From assembly GCA_964035545.1 (NCBI GenBank), contig OZ037772.1:11530818-11594817 (forward strand): DNA of 64,000 nt. The letters run 5' to 3'. This stretch comes from Bugula neritina. Lineage: Eukaryota; Animalia; Bryozoa. The position numbers and the translations under genes are program-made. Positions 1 through 16,711 of the stretch are shown one piece after another. The notes below the pieces were generated by a model. That model was given only the letters and a program-made list of their open reading frames with translations. It did not search any database and was not told the origin of the DNA. The stretch's first letter is position 1. Each line of letters begins with the position of its first letter.

Positions 1-137
1 AGAAACACATTTATATGTTTAGGTAAATATTTCTACACTTTAGTGAAATTAGGCATGCATTATGAACTCAAATAGAAGATTCAAGTTACTCAGTTGACAA
101 AGACCAATAAATTTCACAACAACTTCTAAATACTTAC

Positions 138-1486
138 AGTTTGGCAGTGTGAGCAGATTGCACAAGGATCACGGGTTTATCAAGAGTTGAAGCAGACGTC
201 GCGTTCACCGGGGAAGTTGATGCAGAAGAGTCAAGTGACTCAGATTTACTCTGCGGGACAACTTCCTTGGAAGACTTGCTTTCGATGAGGACAATGTCAT
301 TCACATTTCTATGAAATGATGATGTCTTGCTAGGCTCTATAGCTTGTGTAGGAGGCGTGAAGGAATTAGACTTGACTACAGTTTGAGATTTAAAACTAGC
401 AGAAGTTGTTGACGGAAGGGTCATAGTTGAGGGTCTCTGTAAGGCCGACATGCTGTCAGCGGACGTTGAGCGGGTAACTCGTAGTTGAGCAACTTTAGTG
501 GGTTTAGTAGTTTGGTGAACACTGTTCGGCCTGGAGCTTAGAGAAGAAGAACGCGAATATGCGGTGTCGGTGTTGACTGTTGGGTAGGAGATGGTCGACC
601 ATTTGCTGAGCATTTTAGACACAAATCCAGGTTGGTATTTGAAATCCGCAGAACCTTCTGTATCAGATTCTTCGGTTTCCGGTGAATTCAGTCCCTCACT
701 ACTTTCAGAACTGACTTTTGCATGTGTTAGTCGTCTGCCAGCCAGCACAGAGTAACCACCTTGCTTACCTGTCTCATCATCACTGTCACTATCAGTGCTA
801 GCAACACCATCACTAATCAACCTATCAGTGTTGTCATTCTGAACAATAGAGTGCCTAAGATTATTGTCAGCCTCATAATTGCCTTTATCATTATGAACAA
901 TTTGTTCGATGCTGGAAAAGTTGTCTGGTTTGTAAAATGTGTTGGCTCCATTTAAGGAATGACCATTTTCTACATTATCACATTTGCTTTCATTTTTAAT
1001 TGAACTAGTTGAAGAATGAATAGTTGAGTTAGTAATAAAATTAGAATTAGGAGGGTGAGGGTAAACGTGATGATCACGATGATGTGAACTTTTTTCATCA
1101 GTTTTACTTTCTTGAATGTGGTTGTTGTTGAGACTCACCGTGCTAAGTCTAGGATCACTATTGACATTGGAATGATTATGATCCTGACTACTAGTACTAT
1201 TTTGATTTACTTTTAACATTTCAACTTCATGTCCAAACCGCTTGCGTTTTTGCTCCTGTTGATGCAATAACAATTCTTTTTTCTTTTCTAGAAACTCACG
1301 TTTCCACTGTGGAATGCTCAAGTCATCTTCTTGTTCACCAGAATTTAGTTTTCCCCTTTGAAAGTTTTTACTAGTATTACTATTAGCAACAGCTTCCTCA
1401 TCCCGGTCGTTATTTTTAGAAAGCATAAGTACCTGCGAGTGTGAGTTACCAGTCAGTATCAATGGTGCATCAACTTGTGAACTCAT
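138..1486 (-). CDS. First coding exon of a Ser-rich, largely disordered protein, possibly taperin/phostensin-like (gene continues left of the window)
   Basis: 450-aa ORF from ATG at 1486. It ends at a strong donor ACT|GTAAGT (exon end 138), so the track's stop codon is intronic. IPQWKREFLEKKK resembles the PxWKRE(I/L)LExK N-terminal motif of taperin/phostensin; the family call is tentative. Confidence 0.7.
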
Positions 1487-1901
1487 CGTGACACCAAATT
1501 CGTTTTAAAATAAGTCCAGTACTAGTAGCTACCCGAATACAACAAGTACAACCATGTTGAAATTATATTCTCAATCTTAATACAATTCACGCCGAACAGA
1601 CAAACTTGGACTACGCCTAAATTTGCCAGCCCACGATTAGTCACATATCATATATAATAAAAAGAAACGACAAATGAAAAGCAAGCTAATGTGAGCATCA
1701 AAGTGACGTAAGGTTGGTAACGATAGCTTCCGCTACTAATTTATTTAACATTCGAAATAATATAATCAGCATTAACGCATATAAAAAACACAAATTTAAA
1801 TTTAAATTCCAAAATTTAAAAACAAACAATGTTTTAACAAACAAAAATTAAAAAAAAACTTTTTTATGTGAACAAATTAGGAACTGATTTTAGACTTCCT
1901 A

Positions 1902-1916
1902 GTAACCAATGGCGAC
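1902..1916 (+). promoter_or_regulatory. RFX X-box-like motif in the bidirectional promoter region
   Basis: GTAACCAATGGCGAC fits GTNRCC-N(0-3)-GGYRAC. It lies ~110 bp upstream of the ATG of an axonemal tektin-like gene, in a 538-bp head-to-head intergenic gap. Confidence 0.5.
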
Positions 1917-2024
1917 CACATGGAACTATAATATTCACTTTGTACATAACAATACCACATCAACCAAATAAAACTAAGCTGAGTGCACCAACGTAGTTAG
2001 TAGATTCGTTGAAGTAATTTCTGC

Positions 2025-5000
2025 ATGATGGCAGTAGCCATGGAGCCTTTAACAATGTCTCTAGAAGGTATGGGGTTATCAGGAGGCAGTAGCATGGCAC
2101 CACAACCAATGAATTCCTCGTCCATCGGGCCACAGAAATGGAGCAACAGCACTGTTAAAACTGTGAAACTAAGTCAGAGCATAGTAGATCGAGCGGATAG
2201 AGCAATAGAAATTGGAAAAGCAACAGATCCTCTTCCTACTATCAGAGAAGTAGTTGCTGAACTCAGTAACAATGAGATCAAGAGATATACACGAGAGGTA
2301 CGTTTTAGTAAGAAATCACAATTTTTTAAAAAATTTATATACATGTATAAATAGGCAGTACTATTTTGTGGTTTACTATGTATTTAAGTATAATGGTTTT
2401 AGTTTTTTGTGTGGATTGTGTATATTTGCTATTTCATTTGATTATGTTGCTGAGGTTCAAACTTTGCGTTTCAACTATTTATATTCATTTTGATTTTTTT
2501 ACATCTTGCCCAACTTTTGTTTATATGTATCTACGTATATTAATGTGATTAAATGTTCAATTGCTGTTTATAAGCTTAATTATTGAAAGATGCATATCTG
2601 AAAATATGTTGCTGCCAATTTATCTTCAGTGTGTGTTTCTCTAGTCCTTACAAAGTTTGATTTCATCAGTCACTAAAAGAATATATATTTAACTTTATAT
2701 CATTAGTATATAGGCACTATGCTGATAGATTCCGGCCACAATGAACAGCTAACTACTATGCTGCTAGGTGCAGATTTTCATTTTCCTTTGGTGTATAAAT
2801 TGTGGTTTGATTGTTATAAGTGTAATTAATATGTTTCATAGACATACCACTACATATATCTGTGAAACTATGGCTATTAAAACGACTGTAATGTTACAAA
2901 TGACAGTATTTTTATTATTTGACAGTTTATTAAACAATTTTATGTAAAATATTTCTAACTGCTGTTTAGGTTAGAGTTGTGGTTGCCAGACTTAGACAGA
3001 GTTTCCTAGAAACTAATGAAGAGATAAGAAGTTTACTGAGAGCCAAGGCTATGATAGAGAAAGCTCATGAGCACACTAGGAAAGACATTCAACTCAACAG
3101 AGACAGCATCAAGGGGAGAGAAGTTCGGCCTCAGAGGGAGAAAGTAAGGTTTAATTTTGACATGCCAGGTGCAGAAAATATTAAAAATAATTTTTTGGCC
3201 ATAGTGATGGGGAAATTTTTAAAACCGTGGTATGGAAATTTGCTACTAAACATATTTGAAGATGTTATTGGTTTGCAGCTGTTTTGCCCAGTTGCTTTGT
3301 CTTTTATGACGGGACCTAGAGCAAGTCTTTATATTCAGTCTTCTTTCTAAATTGAAATAGAAATTGCTTATAGGTATTGCAGTTTTACTGGCTAATTAAA
3401 TTCAAAAGCTTATGTATATTTATTGCTTCATCAGAAAAATAAAATTATATAACAAATGCTGATAATTCAGATCATACAAATACTGTCCATGCCCAATATT
3501 AACATTTTCTCACCATCACCATACTTGTCCATTGTTTATTGATGAGCATTCAATGGTTGCCATGACGGCAGCAGATGAAGCAGCAGTTAATATTGATGTA
3601 GGATCTATTGTGTTACTCTTCTATTGTTTGCTGTGTGAATGTTAACACTTACAAATATATTCATAGTCTATTAACGGATAAATAATCAATACAATAAATA
3701 GTGTGTCATGGTGACTTGGCTGTGTAAAACTGTTTTGGAGAAATGGCTATATAAGTCATCTTTGTGTAGGCAGTTCTGTTAACTGTATTGCTAGTCTTCT
3801 TTGCAGGGGAGGGGAGGGTTGATGGGCACCCATGGAGAATCATCAAATAGTTCTGCTTGCTATACATGTAGAATTCGTAAAAGTTCAACTTTCATATCTT
3901 GCAAATTAAATATATTCATGTCAACTGCTATCTATTTAATTGCCATTTAAGAATCGTTAATAGTTTAATACTAAAACTATTGAAATACCAAATGTGCTAA
4001 TTATTTTCTGATAAGACTTATATATATATAAAGAAAAGAAATTTATCTATTCAAGTCAAAACAGAATATAATATATATATGCTCCCCACACACTAAGGCA
4101 AATGTCTTTATAATTTGGTTAGCAGACTAAATCTTAAATATCAGTAGATAAATATTTGATTAAAACGTTTACCTTGTAGAACTTTATTTGTGTTTCTAGG
4201 AAATGGTATGTTTGCTAATGTCATTTAATATACTCGAGAGCAAAGTGTAATTTTAATATTGGCTATAAGTTTCAACTTACGTAAAGTAAATCTGTAATCA
4301 TGAAGATAAGTTACAATAGGTATATGATCATTGATATTGACATCACTTCCAATAGAATCCTGCCCGCCATAGTGTAAAGACATACTGTAAGAGCCAAGTG
4401 GTTTAACCTTTTAAATAGCATCTGTGTATAATAATGTTGGCAGTTTTTAAATCACCAAGCACTTACTACTGATGTTTATAGTTACTTTTGAATTATTTGA
4501 TCAAAATTTTGAATACTATTTATTTATTTATTTATACTAAATTTATAAAATAACTCTTTATGTTTTAAAGTTTGAAGTTTCTTGCAGTCTGATTAAATGA
4601 GCTAGCAGCTCGTGGAGTTATCCTACCAATTCATGGAATACTATTGTGTGTTTCAGCCTCGAGATGGCGCAGACGACTTGCTGAATGCTGAGAGAATGCA
4701 CCTGTTGAACATGAAGAAGATGTATGAAGCTCAGCTGAAGTTGATTAAACAGCAGCTTCATGTGAGTGTCTGCTGTAAATATCTTATATCATATCGTATT
4801 GTATCGTATTGTATATCGTATCATATGCCATATATATTGTATTGTATATATCCTATTGTATATATCGTATTGTATATGCACATTCTAAATACATCATATA
4901 CCTATTCACATTCTAAATAGATCGTATTGTATCATATATATATTCTAAGTATATCATATATACACATTCTAAATATATCGTATCATATACATAGTTTCGT

Positions 5001-8000
5001 ATATATCGTATATACACATCTAAATACATCACATCGTATCACATATATGTTCTAAATATATATATATATGATAGCGTATATACATAATTTTAATATCATA
5101 TAATATGCTTTCTAATTATATCACATCATAATATATATACATATTATAATTATATCATAACATATACAATATATACATTATAACTAATTTGTATTGTTAT
5201 ATATGCCTTCTAATTTTATCAGATTATACGTTATAATTATAATTTATATTGTATCTTAATATATGCGTTATAAATACATTTTGTCATATCATTTATAAAT
5301 TATAATTCTTACAAATCATTTCATACACATTCCAGTGTTGAAAACTGTGCTTCCCATTCCTTCTAGAATGTTCCCATCTGTATTTATACTCATATATGTG
5401 TGTACAGATACTGGATGTGGCCAGAAAGAGGCTGGGAGCCGTGACCCAGGAGAGAACTCGAGTCATGGATCTGATATGCAATTCGCTGACCCCTATGTCA
5501 GCACAAGAGCAGCGGAGAAGCAGCAAGGAGTTTACTAGATCTTATACTGACACTAAGTAAGTATACCCATATAACACTCAGTCTACCATATAACCCGAGG
5601 TATCTAATACTGATAGTAAGTAAGTGTGCTCATGTAACGCTCTGCCTACCACATAACCCGAGGTATCGTATACTGATCAGGTATAGATATTATTATAATA
5701 GCTAAAACTGTGTGACACAGAAGCATTTATTATAATTAATACATTTACATATTTTACTAATTGCAAACTAAAAGACAATTACGTCAGACAATACATTGTT
5801 GTTTAATTCATGGGAGGAATTTTATGTTTTAATTTTTCTTCTCAATCAAGTGCTAAAACAGTTGCTATTTTAAAAAACACTAATACATAGTAGCAGACGG
5901 CGCACCCTTTGATCTCTAGACAGGTAATGTTTCACATTGTTAGAAATCATTTCTTGTAACAATAGAAAGTCTATGAATCAATGCATTCAATTCAAAACAA
6001 TTGGAAGTTAAAAAACTTGAGTTACAAAAATATTTTTGAGTCCAAGTTTAGTCTAAAACTTTACATAATTTTACACAATTGAATATTCTAAGTATTACCA
6101 ACTTGATATTTTCAATATCAAGTACACGTGTACTAAGTTGTATGTTTTACAAGTCTAGAAAGCGAAGTGTAGGAAATATAAACTGACCAGCAGGTTGTCA
6201 GTGTCTGAGGCTTTGTTTTTCATCACTTTTCTTTACTGGAGCAGCTCTACATTTGGAGTGGATCATGCATGCCTTCTAGTAAACCTACATGATTCAAAAC
6301 ATTATTATATTGTAAAATGCATTTTGCTAGGAGTATGTTCATATAAATTCAAGTCCATGTTACATTCTAAAGCAAACATCAGCTAATTCTCCTCGAATTG
6401 CAAAAAACTTAAGACTAAGATATTGGCATATTTTAGTAGTAAATTTAGTAGAAGGTAGTTTAATGTACAACCAGAAAGCACAGTGTAATGCGAAGCTGCT
6501 GCCCACAGACTGCTGTGTTATGGCCTAGAATATACTATAATGAAGCTAACTGTACCATGAGTTACCTTTCAAATACCTGGTTATTGAAAACATTAAATCT
6601 ATTTGAAATGACAAACCATTGATATCCTTTTAAATAATCAAACTGAAAGTGGTCAATAAACTTAGGTCTGGACTGATTTAATCAAATTAAATGAAATAAT
6701 TAATTTCTAAGTAAGTTGATTTGAGATCAGAATAATGTAAGCATGACTGACTGAAAGGTAATAGTCAACAACAAAGGAAGCATTTGAGTTGATTCAGTTA
6801 CTCGTGCTGTGTTTAAAGTTTCTCTGTTTACATTTCATGATCAATTTATTAGGCTTGGGGTTTTAATTTGCTGATGGAATGTTGTATGTCTTATATTGAA
6901 TAAATTCTAATGTTGGCCAACATATTATAATTGAATGTTTGTGTTTGAATTTTATTTTATGGGAGGAATGCTAAAAAATTATCTACCAAAACACTATAGT
7001 GAGCACCTTACAACTATATAATACTATATTTTATATACTGAGAAATATTTTGTTGCAGTTTCTGTCGACCATCTACTCCTGAAAACTTTAAAGTGGACCC
7101 ACTCGGGGCGTACACCCCAGAGTGTGACCGTGCCTTACAGGAAGCTAAGTCTGCCCGAGAACGAGGGTTACATCTTAGACAGGAAACAGCTAATGTTATT
7201 GACAAATGTGATAAGTTGAGGAAATCGGTCAACAGATCTGTCAACAGTGGAATAACTCAGAAGATGGGAGAGACAACTTCTTTGAAAGTAAGGAGTTATC
7301 TTGTCAATAAATATATTCATTGAATTAACTTTTAGCAACTAAAAACGAATTAGCAGTTAGCTATTACCTAAGAGTTAGGTCATTTAATACTGGTTAATTA
7401 TAAAATATTAAATCTTTGCATATTATAAGGTCATGCATGTGTACTATACAAAAAACAGGTGTTGATTTAAAGTTTAAAGTTATACTGCTGGTTGAGAGGT
7501 TAGAACTTGTGTTCAGTGTTTTTGGTAGTACCAATTTAGTAATGACTTGCAAGAATCAAGCTCTTAATGGTTATTTTCGTTGCCCTTGGTCTGTACAGCC
7601 TGCTGTTCTTGTCTACGTCTGCTCCACCTGTATGCTAGCATATACTTGCAGCAACAACTGGACATGGGTATCGGAGAGAACAGACACGCGACACACAGGA
7701 ACCAGAGGTGGTATGACCTCACTGAGAGAGCCTACGAGTACTCGCAGGGCCCAATCATGTACCACGACATCATGACTCACGAGCGACTAGACAGACCTCA
7801 AGTGAGAGTGTTCCAGAGACATCCCGGCACTCAGTTGAAGGAGCCACAGGAGATTGTGCGAGTAAGTTTAGTTTTCTTGTGTGCATGTGATGAATGGGAC
7901 TTTACTTCATATACATGTAACTTTACTACTGTATTTCTTACCTTTCTCCGCTATTTCCTGATTGGTTGGTGATATACTGCTGTATACAGTGTTTAGCTTA

Positions 8001-8770
8001 TAGTTATGTTTGACTTTACTACAGTATACAAAATCTTTATAGTTATGTTAGACATTACTACTGTATACAGTATTTTTATAGTTATGCTAGATTTTACACC
8101 GTACATGGCATTTGACAACTTTTGTGAAATTTGCAGCGTTTCAACAAGACAAACCCGTTTGTTCAGATCACAATACAATCTGCTATCATTGTGTAGCTTG
8201 AGTAAACGTGTAACTCATTATATCATAATAATTGTTTATTAAGGGTGGTGATGGACTCCTCGAGTCAATGAAGGCTACGAGCAGGAACATAGGGCTGCTC
8301 AATATTGCCAGGCAGCGAATGAATGAGGATAAAAGCGACAAACTTGCTGGAATTAATGTAAGTGTTCAATGAGCTCTAAGGCACATTGTTACTGATCATT
8401 AAACTTTTTATTCCTTTAGTAATCAATGAACTGGTATATTTTTGCTTAACTCTTTAGCTGGCAATGGTAATACACCCAATTCTCTTTTATATAAAACAGT
8501 TGAAAAAAGGGTTTTTATTCTCTAAATACATACTGTATTGACATACATTATATACTTGTATTGATGTGTAATTTAAATTTTAAAAGTAGCAAATAACAGT
8601 TATGTTACGTAAACTAAGTAGAGTTGTAATCTAACACTATGCTGCCATAGGCCGATGGAGATGTACTGAGGATGCGTAGAAGAAAGGCTGACCACAAATG
8701 GGACATGGAGAAGCCAGGATTTCACTTGTTCCCACACTTCCCTAGTTACCCAAAAGGTACTGGGAAGTAA
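2025..8770 (+). CDS. CCDC105: Coiled-coil domain-containing protein 105 / tektin-like protein 1, 8 coding exons
   Basis: Phase-consistent GT-AG exons: 2025-2297, 2970-3143, 4657-4761, 5408-5556, 7059-7287, 7652-7861, 8244-8357, 8651-8770 (TAA). Motifs RPQREKPRDGADDLL, DPLGAYTPEC, ERLDRPQVRVFQRHPGTQL and RRKADHKW match CCDC105/TEKTL1 as I recall the family. Confidence 0.85.
4780..5290. repeat. Low-complexity intronic (TATCG/TATA/CATAT) repeat
   Basis: Degenerate short AT-rich units fill CCDC105 intron 3. Confidence 0.8.
5540..5685 (+). repeat. Degenerate ~60-bp tandem repeat spanning the CCDC105 exon 4 donor
   Basis: tcttatactgacactaaGTAAGT...cccgaggta / tctaatactgatagtaaGTAAGT...cccgaggta / tcgtatactgatcagGTATAG. 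Confidence 0.7.
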
Positions 8771-10459
8771 AGCTGACTCACATGCAGAAGAATGAAATTC
8801 TATTTCCTGTCAGATGATTTGTGAAACATTCTCTAAAGTCCATATTTTATTTAAAGAACTTTCCAATGCTGTTAGCAAACAAAGCACTACCTTGTCATAT
8901 GCACTTGATCGCTTGTTTAGACAGAAATATGCTGTTTTAATTTAGCTATGTTTATTTTTATAGCTGATGTCATGTCATTTTCGAGTAGCCAATCAAGAGG
9001 CTATTTTCATTTCATTATTTTCATATTTAGAATATTATTTTAAAAGCTGTACTTAGAAATGATTTCAAACTATTTATCTTTGCTCAAAACTATAAAGAAG
9101 CCTTATTTTACGTACTAAATCCAGACTGACTCTAGTATATCACTAATTAAATGTTACTGAATAACTTCTTACTGTGACATTTTCTATGTTATGTGTAGCT
9201 TTCAAGTGACCTTGTGATGGTCAAATATGGCCTTGTGCTTGCAAAGTAAAAATATTGTTTTAATATAAAAATTATGCTCAGTTCATATTAAAAGTGTTGA
9301 GTGTTTTTGATGCAAATTTAATTGAACCGATCTTTCATCTAATATAGTATAATCTCCCTCAAACTGATTGAAGAGTGAAGTCCTGTAATCAACAGGAAGT
9401 TGTTTATAAGCATTAGACTTGGTGCCAGCAGTACTATAAATTGGAGTGAGCTAGTCCAAAAAATATTGTATCATGACTTGAAGATAATATGCACTTAAAT
9501 TTTATGATATAGAAGTTCAAACCTATTGCATAAAGGATATTATACTTTTTATGCAGCAATGACACTTTTAGCCATGCAAATTTTTGTGTGACAAATGATA
9601 GAATATAGCTTAAACAAAAGTAATTGGGCAATTACAAAAGTAAATAAAAACCTGTTAGTAATAGTCAAAGTTAGTTGGCAAGTAAAAAGAGTCAAGTAAA
9701 AGTAAAGTAAAAAAGTATTTATATCAACAACTTATTGTTATTAGTACAATTATAGCAATAATTATGTGCGACTGTGGCAAAAATACATAGAAATAATTAT
9801 ATATTATAACATATTGATATTCATAGTTGGCTTGATACACATACTTAATAACTTCTAAATTATGGATATGAAGTATCACTTATGGTTATACTTAATAACT
9901 TGCATTTATAGAAGTAGTTATACTATCATTTTATTGATTTTGAATATTATAATGAGCACCAATGTCAATCACAAAAGTTCATTAGTATTATTATTGCTAT
10001 TAGTATTCGTCTATTACTAGAACTTTCAGTTTGATAAAGACTTGGTCTAATAGTAAATGTAATACTAATAGATCTACAAAATTATGCTGACTCTAAGTCA
10101 AATTTTAGCAAGCAAATATACAGTATACCTTAAACAATTTCATAAATGAAAATATATTAAATAAACTATATATATTTACGTTTATTTTTACTCCAGCTTG
10201 AGTTTGAGTTTGCTTAGTCAAACTGAAACTCAAATTGACTTCAGCTTCAGATTTTAATGGCATGTTGTCCTTTTGGAATACTTTCTGTTAAATGCAGTTT
10301 AATTAAATAAAAACGCATAAAAGCAGCAACCAATAATTTGCGTCTGAAAACGTTTGAATTGTTATTAACTGCAAACTATTTTATCAATTCTAATATCTAA
10401 CTTGAGTTGGTGAAGAAGCAGGCTCTATATTGAACCGCTACTGGCATTTAACTCAGTTG

Positions 10460-10736
10460 CGCTTCTAATTGGCTGCTTGACAGACGTTTGTCGTATCACA
10501 GCAAAGCGTAGTTTTCAGGCAAACAGGAAGTCGACTCTATGGGAAGCCATTTTCCTTGCCCCTTGTACTCCTATATATCATTATAATCATAATGATAATG
10601 CTACCACACCATTAGAATTTTCATTTACATTACGTGTTCATTAAAATAAATATATAGATCATATCACATTGGATTTAAAGCAATTTTATACTCAAATACT
10701 GAGCGCTAATTTTGTTTCACCATTCATTAGCCTTAG
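10460..10736 (+). promoter_or_regulatory. Probable Rab14 promoter and non-coding first exon
   Basis: ATTGG box, ETS-like CAGGAAGT and YY1-like GCCATTTT, then donor TTAG|GTAAGT at 10736/7. Acceptor TTTGTAG ends at 11428, just upstream of the ATG. Confidence 0.45.
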
Positions 10737-11417
10737 GTAAGTTGACAAACTGAAATTTATAAACAACCAGTTTCAGTATCACAATAATTGACAATGACAA
10801 TCACAATGTCAATTGTGAATTGAAAATAAATTTATTTAAAATGAAAAAAATACTAAAATAAATTGAATTCAATGTAACTATATCTATAAACATTAGTTTA
10901 TGATTACACTTAGTTTAGTGTTACTGCTGAACTGATTTTCACATTTTGATTTTAACATCAACTCAAACTGTGAATCAAAAAATTAGAAATGGTTGTCTGT
11001 AGGACTGGGTGTAAGTGCGACTATTGAACTTGGTCACTGATGAACAGTATGGGTAGGTGACTCAGTGTGAGTGTGAATAGTCTCCATCAGTTATACTCAT
11101 ACTCATTGTGATTGAATGATTGTGGATGAGTGTATTGGACAAGGTTGTGGTATAAATTAAAATTTTAGTATATAGTTTTTGTGCCCCATGACAGAATCAA
11201 TTTAATTATTTCTTAATTAAATCGTGCAATCATGTAAGCCTTCTTGAATATTCGTGATTGTGCACTTCTATGGCAGTTGGTGACAATATAACTGTAATAG
11301 TTAAGCTGTAAATACACTCCAGTTTAAAATTTCTGCAATTTTACAATTGAGTTTTTAGTTATTTAATATTCTAGCTGTATAGATGAATTTACAAACATCT
11401 AATCTATGTTCTGGTGA

Positions 11418-13803
<2,386 letters not shown>

Positions 13804-16665
13804 ACACCCTCACCACTCTGTGCTCGTCTATAGAACTAGGGTTATTTATGATTACATAAACTAAGTTCAAGTGACACTGGGTAGCTGTGGGTGGACAGAG
13901 CACCTGTGACACTTGTGACTAGATGTCATTTTACCTGATAAGTTATTGATTGGCACTCACCAGCAAGCACCTGTTCAGCCATTCCAAGTGTCCTTCTCTG
14001 GTTTTGCCAGATACTCACTTATGTTATACTGTACTATAATACACTCTTTTTAATATGATGTTGGTAATATTTTTATATAATATATTGTGTACTGTTACTA
14101 CTAAACAATAGTGTCTGCTTGTTTAAAAACTGGTGCTTCTGTTAATTTTGTGTCATTCTAAGGTATTGATGTTAGTATGATTTCTGTTGATTGGGAGTTT
14201 TAATCATGCTAAGATGCTCAAAGCAATAGTCTAATCAAATGAATCCCTTTGACATGAAACAAAATTTACTTAAGTTTCAGTGAATAAATGCATAATTTAG
14301 AGGTTCTTCTTGTTGAATCAAACACTCTTTTTAAGACCTAGTTTCCGAGTCTGCTTGACATAGATGGGTGGTGTAGGTACTTTTCTCTGTTTAGATTATC
14401 ATTCTCAGTCTATGTCTTACTGATGCATTGCTGTTTTATAATTATTTCTATTTGAGATTAATACTATATTAATAAATAATGAAATTGTTAGACTGCTCTT
14501 TTATGAAAATAGTTATCAAAATTCAATTGACTCTTCACTGATGACAAAAAACCAAGCAGTTTAAATTAAGTGACGCCAATGCATCAAAATGAATATTAAA
14601 ATTCAGCTCACAGTTATTTTGATCCATAGCATGTCAAAATCGTAATCCAGTTGGGATCTTAACGTTAACCAAGGTTGCAATTTTTCTGCTCAATCAAGAT
14701 TTCCTAAATTTACAGCAATTCTAAAATTTCTAGAGAGAACTTCTTGCTAAGCTCAGTATGTTAGAAATCTTGCATTCAGCATCCACATGTGTGTTTTGCC
14801 TGCACAATCCCTGCCTTACTATTTAAACAAAAGTAAATAATGTTCAGTTGGCGCATAGTAAATAAATACTCTGTATAGAAAGACACCGGAAATTTCTTCA
14901 TTTTGGCCGGCGTGATGGCATCATCTATAAAAATAGTTTATACTCGGAATACAATGAAACTATGATCCGATGAATAGTTAATATACTCTGAAATGAAATT
15001 ATTTAGCTCAATGAATCTCATGGTTTGTATGCCAAAAGTCAAGCTTAAAATAAACTGGCAGAAATGTATAAACCACAGGAAAGTGAACATATCATTTTTA
15101 TAGTCTATTATTACAAAATATGATTCAACGTAGCATGCATAGACAAAGCCTGGTGTGTAGCAGTGAAATAGCAGTACAAGACGGACTATGTGTAGCCTGT
15201 CCTCAATTCACTTCACAAATATTATAAAAAATAAAAGCAACATAACGGCAAAATAAACTAAAAACCAACAAGCATTACATGATGAGCAACAGTGATATAT
15301 ACTAAAATAACGTACAAAATATTGTAATTTAAAGCAGGCAATAACATGCATGTTACTATAAAGCATAGAAAGAAACATACTATCTGTATACAATTAATGA
15401 CAAACACTTCTTTGAATTTAATAAAATTAAAACATTGTTACAAAGTAACATCTAGCCTTGCTGTAAATAAAAATTAGTAGTAATACAATGTATATAATGT
15501 AATAATATAATAGATTACATAATATAGCTGGCATGCACAAAACACATGAAATTAAAAGTTTATAGAAAATAAAGAAATCCAATATTTTTAGTAACTTTGG
15601 TTACATTTGCTGTGAAAGTCACATAATCATAGTAACCAATAAACTAGTACTATAGTTTAAAGCCTGGGCAATTCTTAAGAAACTGAGCAAATGGCAAGAA
15701 TAACCAACAGTACATAGCTGTAGTTCCTAAAGCGGAACTTAGACTAAGAATCCTACCTATAAGTAGAATCCAGGTCGGCTAAATAGTGTTGGAGCAGACC
15801 TGGAGAGCAGGAATACGCTTGCGAAGAACAGAATCCAGAAAATCCTGCGCAGAGATATCCGATTCATGGGGGTAGAGTTCCTCATGCACCTGGAGAAGAG
15901 AAAACAATTACTAGTGATACGCAGCAAATATACTCCTATATCTGATAGGCTAGCTTATTTAAGCTATAGGCTAACGAAACTAGCATGCCAACTGTGCCTT
16001 ATATGGAGATGGCAACTACTCTATGTTGTCATAATGACTCAAAGGTCACCATAGCAGGCGACTCCCACTCTTCCTTTTTGGGGGTTGACCCGATAGTGTA
16101 GTGGATTCAACACACATTGCTAAAGGAAGGGTTAAACCCCCCCCATCAGCATGATATTGGCTCACATGCTTTGTTTAGTAACATGTGCACTCATATTTAT
16201 ACACCAAAGAAGAATCACAGCATATATAATATATCCAATATAATGATAACTGTGTGGCAGAATGTCATAGATAAGACACTGCATGCGGGTGCAAGTGCTT
16301 GTTTCTCAACCCAAAAGAAATGCAAGAGACATAACATTCTGAATCTATCAGGAAATAAATGCTATTTTTCAAATCAACACATGCAGAAAGAAATAACAGG
16401 TTCAACTTTAAATCTTAACAGTTCAGATATTAAAGCAAACATAACAAAAAGCTGATTAAAGGAAGGTTAGTCTTACCATAGCGAGGCATACACAAGCTAG
16501 CTTTGCAGAGGACCCCAGGCTATGTTTATGACCAGAGCACTACATCCACCCGGAGTTAGCAGAAGGCAAAACTCAATGCAGCGACTACACCAGAGCTAAG
16601 TGAAAGCATTACCTTATTACCTAACCTTATTACCTAACGCTAACTCGCTAACTCTCGCCATACGG

Positions 16666-16711
16666 CTAGTACTAGTACTGGTACTAGTACTAGTACCAGT
16701 ACTAGTACTAG
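16666..16711. repeat. 46-bp perfect palindrome built on (CTAGTA)n
   Basis: ctagtactagtactggtactagtactagtaccagtactagtactag is its own reverse complement. Confidence 0.9.
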
